Shown here in pieces: positions 55,949 through 64,000 of a stretch of DNA of 64,000 nucleotides. Each line of letters opens with the position of its first letter. The first letter of the stretch is position 1. The notes under the pieces were generated by a model. The model did no database searches. It was not told the origin of the DNA and worked only from the letters and a program-made list of their open reading frames with translations. The stretch covers positions 331,142,001 to 331,206,000 of the forward strand of contig OZ024742.1 of assembly GCA_964016885.1 (NCBI GenBank), in the 5' to 3' direction. This stretch comes from Eledone cirrhosa (taxonomy: Eukaryota). The position numbers and the translations under genes are program-made.

Positions 55949-56831
55949 AAAGAAGAGCAATTAGAACTAACCTGTGGGATAATTCTATCCAAGATGGCTT
56001 TACTAACAACCCCCAGATCAGATTTAGAGGGGGCGATTAATCTAACAGGTAGTTCAGTGCGAAAATTGTTTTTGTGATCCTTGAGATTTATCCTCGGAGT
56101 TCTTGGGAGGAATGGTTCGGTCTTTTTTTCAATGCCAAGTTTTGACATAATCTCAGAGGCTTCAAGGTTTATGTATTCTAAATTTTCATGTTTGGTTTTA
56201 CGATACTTTTTCCTAAGTTCCTTTAGGATAAGGTTGTTATAATTATCCTTGGAAATACCATATAAGTTATTGATTTCGTCAGAGTGGACTAAAACATTTT
56301 TTGAGGAATTTAGGTTAGAAATTGTGTTCTTGAGATTTACAAGGTGCTCTTGTCATTTGTAAGGGTTTCTCTTGAATTTAAGATTTTTTATTATTTTAGT
56401 TAATTCTTCCTCGAATTGTACTAGATTTTTGTTGGAAGGAGAATTTCGTCTAGAATTAAATAGATGATCGAGGAAGTTATGTTCTTTGGTATGGAAGTTC
56501 CTTTTAGGCGCTGGTCATAGAAATAGGCTGTCCATCTAAGTCTTCTTACGAAGGAGTCAGTTTTTTCAATAAGAAGTTTGGTGAATTCAGATTTACCAGA
56601 TATAGGAATGTCTTTAGTTGAATTGGTTATGTTGTAATAATCCATGTTGTAGAAGAAGAGGTAAAAGACCATCAAAAGGTATCCAATATGAGAGTAAGCG
56701 CTCAACCGTTAAGGAGCAAGTTAATGTAGGAGGTGAGTTTTATTGTAGTACAATAAAGCAATGCAGATATCGGATAAGAAGCACTCTACAGTTTGTAGGA
56801 CTGGAGTATACATAATATATAAGATCAAAAG

Positions 56832-58826
56832 ATGGTTAAAGGAGTTCCATGTATTTTATTATGCGCATTTCAAAACCACCATGAAAATTTAGAATACATA
56901 ATCCTTGAAGCCTCTGAGATTATGTCAAAACTTGGCATTGAAAAAAAGACCGAACCATTCCTCCCAAGAACTCCGAGGATAAATCTCAAGGATCACAAAA
57001 ACAATTTTCGCACTGAACTACCTGTTAGATTAAACGCCCCCTCTAAATCTGATCTGGGGGTTGTTAGTAAAGCCATCATGGATAGAATTATCCCACAGGT
57101 TAGTTCTTATTGCTCTTCTTTGAACCTAAATTTATGGTTTGGTACTTCTGAAGTGATTGGCTGTTTCAACAAATTGGATAATAAAAACAAACTAAAATTT
57201 ATTCAATTTGATATTGCCAGCTACTATTCCTCCATTTCGCCTTCACTTCTCAATAATGCTCTATCTTTCGCACTTAAATATTCTGACATGACCACAGATG
57301 AACTTCACATCATCCTCACCGCACGTAAAACCATCCTAGAGTTCAACAACGAATATTGGACCAGAGCCGATACCTCTAACAACTTCGACATCACAATGGG
57401 AGCATCCGATTCATCCCAATTGACTGATTTAATTGGTATCTTTATTTTGAACTCTTTGAGTCGGAAAATTCCTCAACTTCGCGGTGGAATTTATCGTGAC
57501 GATGGACTCTTTACTATCTTAAATTGCAATATAGTTAACCTTAATATTATTAAGAACAATATACGTAATCTCTTTAACCAACATAACCTAAAAATTGAAT
57601 TTGATAATAGTATCAAACTAGCTAGTTTCTTGGATGTTTCTCTTAATCTTGACACTGGCCTATATTACCCTTACCATAAAAACAATGAGAACCTAAATTA
57701 TGTTAACTTTAAATCTAACCATCCTACCAATATCAAGAATGCTATAGTTAGTAATATTGGAAAAAGAATATCTAACATATCTTCTAATAAAAACATCTTT
57801 CATGCTAACGCCAATTACTATAATAACGCACTTTCTAAAGCCGGTTATCCAGATAAAATCAAATATAGTAAAGAAACAAATTCTAGAAAAACTTACAGTA
57901 GAATAATTAATCATGATCATTCCAATAACTTTAATAAAAGACATAGATACAAAAACATAATCTGGTATAATGCTCCTTTCTCCATCTCTATTAATAACAA
58001 TATTCCTAAATTATTTTTTAGTGCCTTAAATAAATGCTTCCCTCCCTCACATATCTATAGTAAAATATTTAACAAACACACCATCAAATTTTCTTATTCT
58101 ACATCCTCCAATATTTCCAACATCATCTCTAAACACAACAATAAAATACTAAATACTAAATCTCTTCCTTCCAACATTGAATTTCATAATAACAGTAATA
58201 GTACTCCCGACGTCATTGTAAACCCTAGGCTAACTTCTGTAAACCCAAATACAATGTCAAACACAACTTCGCTAAATGTTCATAATCCAACTCTAAATCA
58301 AGAAACTATTATTCCTATTATTCCTATCGCAAACACCTTCTCCAATCCAATTCCTTCTATAGATAACACTAGGTCACTCATTAATAATCTCTCTAATTGC
58401 AACTGCCGCATTAAAAATAAATGTCCTCTCAACAACCATTGTCTTGATAAAAACTTAATTTATGAATGTAAAGTTATAACTAGCACCAATTCCTTCACCT
58501 ATTTTGGCTCCACTTCCACCTCTTTTAAAGCTCGTCTCTATAGTCACCATTCATCTTTTAAATACAAACTTAAAAGAACCAACACGGCTCTCTCAGAACT
58601 CATATGGTCCTTGACAGACAAAAACATTAAATATACCATCTTTTGGAAGAAGGTTTCTTCTGCGTCCTCATACTTGAACAGCTCTCTATCTAAATTCTGT
58701 AATCTCTGCCTAAATGAAAAATTTACCATTATCTCTAATCTAGATTCTATAATAAATAGACGTACAGATTTGTTTTCTATCTGCCTGCATAAATTACATA
58801 GGACTTTTCACAAAGTATACAGCTAA
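56832..58826 (+). CDS. Penelope-like (Naiad-like) RT + GIY-YIG endonuclease, 664 aa open; the first ~14 codons come from antisense pLTR
   Basis: RT motifs FIQFDIASYYSSI, FDITMGASDS, GIYRDDGL, FLDVSLNL. Then CNCRIKNKCPLNNHC, LIYECKV..YFGST..FKARLYSH, CNLCLNEK. Confidence 0.9.
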   Translation: MVKGVPCILLCAFQNHHENLEYIILEASEIMSKLGIEKKTEPFLPRTPRINLKDHKNNFRTELPVRLNAPSKSDLGVVSKAIMDRIIPQVSSYCSSLNLNLWFGTSEVIGCFNKLDNKNKLKFIQFDIASYYSSISPSLLNNALSFALKYSDMTTDELHIILTARKTILEFNNEYWTRADTSNNFDITMGASDSSQLTDLIGIFILNSLSRKIPQLRGGIYRDDGLFTILNCNIVNLNIIKNNIRNLFNQHNLKIEFDNSIKLASFLDVSLNLDTGLYYPYHKNNENLNYVNFKSNHPTNIKNAIVSNIGKRISNISSNKNIFHANANYYNNALSKAGYPDKIKYSKETNSRKTYSRIINHDHSNNFNKRHRYKNIIWYNAPFSISINNNIPKLFFSALNKCFPPSHIYSKIFNKHTIKFSYSTSSNISNIISKHNNKILNTKSLPSNIEFHNNSNSTPDVIVNPRLTSVNPNTMSNTTSLNVHNPTLNQETIIPIIPIANTFSNPIPSIDNTRSLINNLSNCNCRIKNKCPLNNHCLDKNLIYECKVITSTNSFTYFGSTSTSFKARLYSHHSSFKYKLKRTNTALSELIWSLTDKNIKYTIFWKKVSSASSYLNSSLSKFCNLCLNEKFTIISNLDSIINRRTDLFSICLHKLHRTFHKVYS

Positions 58827-59469
58827 TATTCAATTCTTTATCAATTTAGAATCTTTTCTCAAAGCACATATACATACACCTCTTTAAAATATACCCATCT
58901 TCCTACCTTACTTCAAAGGGCATCATACACTCTATAATACTTGTTTACTCATTACCCTCATTCTATCTTCACCTTGTAAAATCCTTCATAACATATACAT
59001 TTGTTTTTTTGACGTTAGAATATTCATCCGCAATTATTATTATTTTTTTCTCTCTATCATAAAACTTTTTAATCTCAATTTCATCCTTAATTTATTATTT
59101 TTTTCTCCCCATCAACGAACTCATTCTTAATACATATTAACTCTTTCTTCGCACATATTATCAATTCCTTCAATATACAAACCTTAACTTCCCATTATTT
59201 TTCTCAAATCATCTAATACACAAACCTTAATAATTGTTTTAACACATATTAACTCTTTCTTCGCACATATTATCAATTCCTTCAATATACAAACTTTAAC
59301 TTCACATTATTTTTCTCAAATCCTTCTACACACAAACCTTAATAATTTTTTCTCTTCGTTAATTTTGAAATTGCCACAATACTTATAAACATACACCTTT
59401 TGACGTTAGAATATTCATCCGCAATTATTATTTTTTCTCTCTATCTTCATACATATCAACTCCCTCTCT

Positions 59470-60132
59470 TTCCTCGTACATATTTTTCCCTTCGTTAATT
59501 TTCAAATTCTTTTAATTTATACATTATCTTCCAACGGTTCTCAACCTCTCTATGTAAAACAACATATCTTTTCTCAGTTATAAAAACTATCTCTTTCTCT
59601 CTATCACCCATATCTCCCTCTCCACCTTCACTCTCATCTCCTCCCCTTTTTTCATCCTTTCCCCGCCCCCCTTCCTAAATAAAATATTTTTTCCTCGTAC
59701 ATATTTTTCCCTTCGTTAATTTTCAAACTCTTTTAATTTATACATTATCTACCAACGGTTTTCAACCTCTCTATGTAAAACAATATATCTTCTCTCAGTT
59801 ATAAAATCTATCTCTTTCTCTCTATCACCCATCTCTCCCTCTCCACCTTCACTCTCATCTCCTCCCCTTTTTTCATCCTTTCCACCCCCCTCCCTAAATA
59901 AAATATTTTTTCCCCGTACATATTTTTCCCTTCGTTAATTTTCAAACTCTTTTAATTTATACATTATCTTCCAACGGTTTTCAACCTCTCTATGTAAAAC
60001 AATATATCTTCTCTCAGTTATAAAAACTATCCCTTTCTCTCTATCATCCATCTCTCCCTCTCCACCTTCACTCTCATCTCCTCCCCTTTTTCATCCTTTC
60101 CACCACCCGCTCTCTAAATAAAATATTTTTCC
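59470..60132 (+). repeat. Three tandem ~220-bp units in the Penelope-like 3' UTR
   Basis: Units begin at cgtacatatttttcccttcgttaattttcaaa (~59475, ~59696, ~59915). Confidence 0.9.
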
Positions 60133-60227
60133 CAATATCACACATCAATCTAAAACCACTTTTCATAAGTTGATTTAAAACTGCACTATCCACAAGTGTT
60201 TTTTAGCCTTCATATCATGTTCTCCTG

Positions 60228-60294
60228 TTTTATCTGATGAAAACACAAATATTATTGCTTGATGATGTTTGTTTTTGAAATGCGCATAATAAAA
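60228..60294 (+). ncRNA. Minimal hammerhead ribozyme in the pLTR
   Basis: Stem I TTTTAT/ATAAAA; CTGATGA at 60234-60240; stem II AAACACAAATATTATT/GATGATGTTTGTTTTT (G-U pairs, one mismatch); GAAA at 60277-60280; stem III T-GCGC-A; predicted cleavage after AUA at 60288. Confidence 0.85.
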
Positions 60295-60324
60295 TACATG
60301 GAACTCCTTTAACCATCTTTTGAT

Positions 60325-60388
<64 letters not shown>

Positions 60389-60429
60389 TTTATATATATA
60401 TATATATATACATATATTTATATATATAT

Positions 60430-61890
60430 AACAAATAAGATGTGGTAAGATATCAGGTGCATCAGTGTACTCGATACTTTGGGTAGTAGAATGGTTAATA
60501 CGAAAATAGTTAGGTCCCCGATCAGATCTAGCTGTCGAAATGGCCGGAGGCCGACCGTCGGGGTTCTGATTCTTTTCATATATAGGAAAAAGTATGACCC
60601 CGACGGCAGAGCTCAAGCCGGTTCGACGGATATTTCTGGACTAAATTAGAATTTTTAGCCTGGTGAATAAATAGCCGAACTTTTCAATGGGGTACTTCCA
60701 TATTTGGGAAGATTGTAGTTGTCAAGAGGACTGGTTAAAATTTGTTGTAAGCACAAATAAGTCTATCATGGCATTTGGTGGAAGGTAGTGGTGGCTGAAC
60801 TTGCCTGTAGAACAATAGGGGAGTGAGTGGAGCAGTCAAGCGTTGAAATTGATATGTATACATCAGATTCTAAGGATAGTGTATGAAGTGAGGAGGGAGG
60901 TTATAGAATATGTATATCGAAAGAGAGTAGGAGACAATAAATTATACTAGAAATAAATAAAAAAAAAAAAAATATATAAAATGAGATAGTGAGAAATGAG
61001 TAAAGGAATCACAAGGCTATCTTACAATTACAGCTTAATAAGTTGAGAATAGAAAAAAATTATAGAAATTACAAAACAGATACAAACTTAAAGGGGTTTT
61101 AACACATCTGCTATAAGTAGTTAGTAAAACGTATTCGCCCAATTCTATCTTAAAATAACAGGGGTGGGGGAACTGATGCTACATGGCCCGATGGGCTGCA
61201 TCGGGGTAGGCGAAAGGAGAAAACAGACGAGGAAGAAAATTGGGGGTGGAAGGAAGTTATAGGATGAGACAGGGGGAAGAAGGAGACAAAGAGGAAAAGA
61301 AAAAAAGATACATTTTCCTATGTAAGCTGGGGTTTCCCCTAACTTATTCGGCAAGTGTGGTGGTGGTGGGGGTATCAGCCCTTCGTTACCCACCCGCGTC
61401 GTTATAGGGTTTGAGGGCGAGGTAAGTCCTACGCAAGCTGTGTTTGCATGCGGTTACCAGTTCATCTTTCTCGTTTAGAGTTGGTCCTTCGAAAACAGCA
61501 TTTGTAATGTTTCCTCCGAGGATAAGTTACACGGACGGCGTCCTCCCGTGTAAGAGTTAGCTCTGGACAGTAAGCTCCAAGTGAGATTGTAGGTTATAAT
61601 GTTATCTTGGAGGTCCCAGATGTGGCCCGAAAGTGTAGTGACATGTCGCCGTACCGGGTTTCGGAAAGTGTGTTCGTGTTGGTAGAGCCGGGTCTTGAAG
61701 TCACACGCGGTTAATTCTATATAAGCTTTGTTGGAGGTGTGCGTCCTCACGGTGCACTGGTAGATCACGTTACGTTCTCGGCATTTGTTGTTGAGGGGGC
61801 ACGTAGATCTATCAGGGCAGTTAGCCTTCCTGGTCGGCTCTCCACTGATGACTAGGTTATTTCTTCCATAGTGGTTGAGTTTTTTGTTGT
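60430..61890 (-). mobile_element. Penelope-like fragment of another family (GIY-YIG and 3' region)
   Basis: NCPDRSTCPLNNKCRERNVIYQCTV..AYIELTACDFKTRLYQHEHTF..TLSGHIW..LTWSLL..PCNL. Confidence 0.85.
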
Positions 61891-61924
61891 TTGAGGAGAC
61901 GATATTTTTGCGAAGTTAGGTGTG

Positions 61925-61985
61925 GTGCTGTATTGAGTACTCTGGTGCGTTATGGTCCATTTGGTTCCTTACCACAATCCCTTTG

Positions 61986-61990
<5 letters not shown>
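61925..61990 (+). mobile_element. Short inverted terminus related to 60430-60500 and 45430-45487
   Basis: gtattgagtactctggtgcgttatggtccatttggttccttaccacaatccctttgtta followed by (TA)n. Confidence 0.6.
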
Positions 61991-62052
<62 letters not shown>

Positions 62053-63599
62053 GTGTTTCTGTGTGTATATGTGTGAGTGTGTATGTATGTGTCTGTGTGT
62101 GTGTGCGTGCGTGTGTGTGTTTGTGTGTATTGAGTATAAAGTTATAGTGTTCTGAACTATTTCATGACCTATATCATTAGCATACTCTTCATACTATCCG
62201 TCAGGATATAGTGTTTGGCTGTACCACGGAAATATGTTCGACAGGTTATGCTTTAAAGCGGAAATCGCCATATATATTTTCATGAATGTAATATGCATTG
62301 TGTTAAATGTAAAGGTAAATATATTATTTCGTCATTAATACGAATGCATTATCTCTTGCAGTTAAAAGGAATTAAAGTCGTGAAGTGGAAAGTATACTTA
62401 TGAAGTAGTACGATCACCTATGTTGAAGAAGATTTAATTTCAAATTATCAGACATTTGGAATATCATCGCCCTGTTTAAGTAAATATATTAGAATACTTA
62501 ATATCGGTGGACAGGCGATCTCATACCAACATTGTTGCTGTGAATTTATGGCAGAAACTAATTATTAGAGCTTTGAAAGGAAATCTCATGACATCCCATT
62601 GAAGGTAAAATGTATTACAATTTCACCAAGGACAATTTATACTTTAAATATTTTCGGAGATGATACAAATAGTATCGCTCAAGGACTAAGGGTTATTTGG
62701 TTGATTGATGCCACTTATATTATTCTACTCGTGTTGCTATATGAGAAAAATTTGTTTAGTATTACAGTAATCTTCACATGAAAATAATATATCATATCTA
62801 CGACATTATTTTATCGATAGTCCAAAATGAAAGAGACATTAAGGGTGTGTGGAATTTGGTGACCCAGCCTAATGAGAGCTAAATAATTATGTGTTGAATC
62901 CATAAAAACAAGAATACTGTCTATATTCAGTAACAGTCGACTATCCGTTGTCGGCTGATTAGCTTTGCCCGTCTTTGGGATTTGAATAATTAGGTGAAAT
63001 TTCAACACAAATGCCGAGACAGATCCTGTAATGCATTTCCTCAAATAATTTATCTCCAGAGACTGACACTTTATTTCATCGAACGTAAATGGGTGCAAGT
63101 CAATGTTGAGCCCGGAAAATATTCAACAAAGAACCGAAGGAAATATTAGGAAAAAATATATGTGTAATACCACTCAAACGAATCATTTTATGTTCCACTT
63201 TACATGAACCTTCATGCACAAGCCATAAAGAGTTTGAGTGGACAGTGTGTTGCAATAATATATGTATTGGGGACTTAAGTTTCGTAGAGCCAAATCATCC
63301 CAACTGAATTTACCAGGAATAGATTGGTGGAAGGAAAGAGAAAACTAGAGAGAGAACAAGAAAGAAAAAGAGAATTAGGCAGTGAGAAAAATATATAATT
63401 AAGAAACATCGAGTACAATATTGATTTGGCGTGATTTGAATTCAAAGCTTAGAGACAGTTAAAATCTCTTCTTTCTCTTCAAGTCACTCAGCTCTTCTCT
63501 ATTAAAGGACTAACTTCCGGTACTTTGGCGATACATCTTTTATCTGTCCCTACGAACATTAATATAATAATACTTTTTGTATTGATCTTCTTTGTTTTT

Positions 63600-64000
<401 letters not shown>

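Larger units (their letters stand above)
54501..56875 (-). mobile_element. Penelope-like copy with pLTR direct repeats (54501-54650 and 56725-56875) and a ~1.5-kb internal deletion
   Basis: ORF N-terminus from ATG 56645 (STKDIPIS..LIEKTDSFVRRLRWTAYF) runs to SSLNLN, then jumps to YTIFWKKV..HKVYS*. The 3' UTR is the reverse complement of 58827-60326. Confidence 0.92.
56872..60326 (+). mobile_element. Penelope-like copy, 5'-truncated, with a long 3' UTR and pLTR, ending in (TA)n
   Basis: Carries the ORF above and is near-identical to the inverted copy over shared segments. Confidence 0.93.

Overview
AT-rich eukaryotic (animal) DNA full of microsatellites and transposon copies. I found no host gene I can support. 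The SINE family and the (TA)n/(CA)n/(CT)n texture suggest a cephalopod such as Octopus (inference). Main contents: (1) a 19-kb LINE array at 12236-31552 built inside a (TAA)n microsatellite, with three minus-strand Tx1-clade (L1-group, APE-RT) copies and one plus-strand R4/Dong-like RLE LINE fused 5'-to-5' to one of them; (2) an older decayed Tx1 copy at 1-2850 and a second decayed R4/Dong-like element at 31965-35116; (3) at least six Penelope-like (RT + GIY-YIG, Naiad-like) copies or fragments, including a head-to-head pair at 54501-60326 with a 664-aa open ORF, minimal hammerhead ribozyme motifs and a reiterated deletion junction; (4) a rearranged mariner remnant, tRNA-derived SINEs and several long fold-back palindromes. 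All alignments and identities were judged by eye, and boundaries may be off by a few bases.
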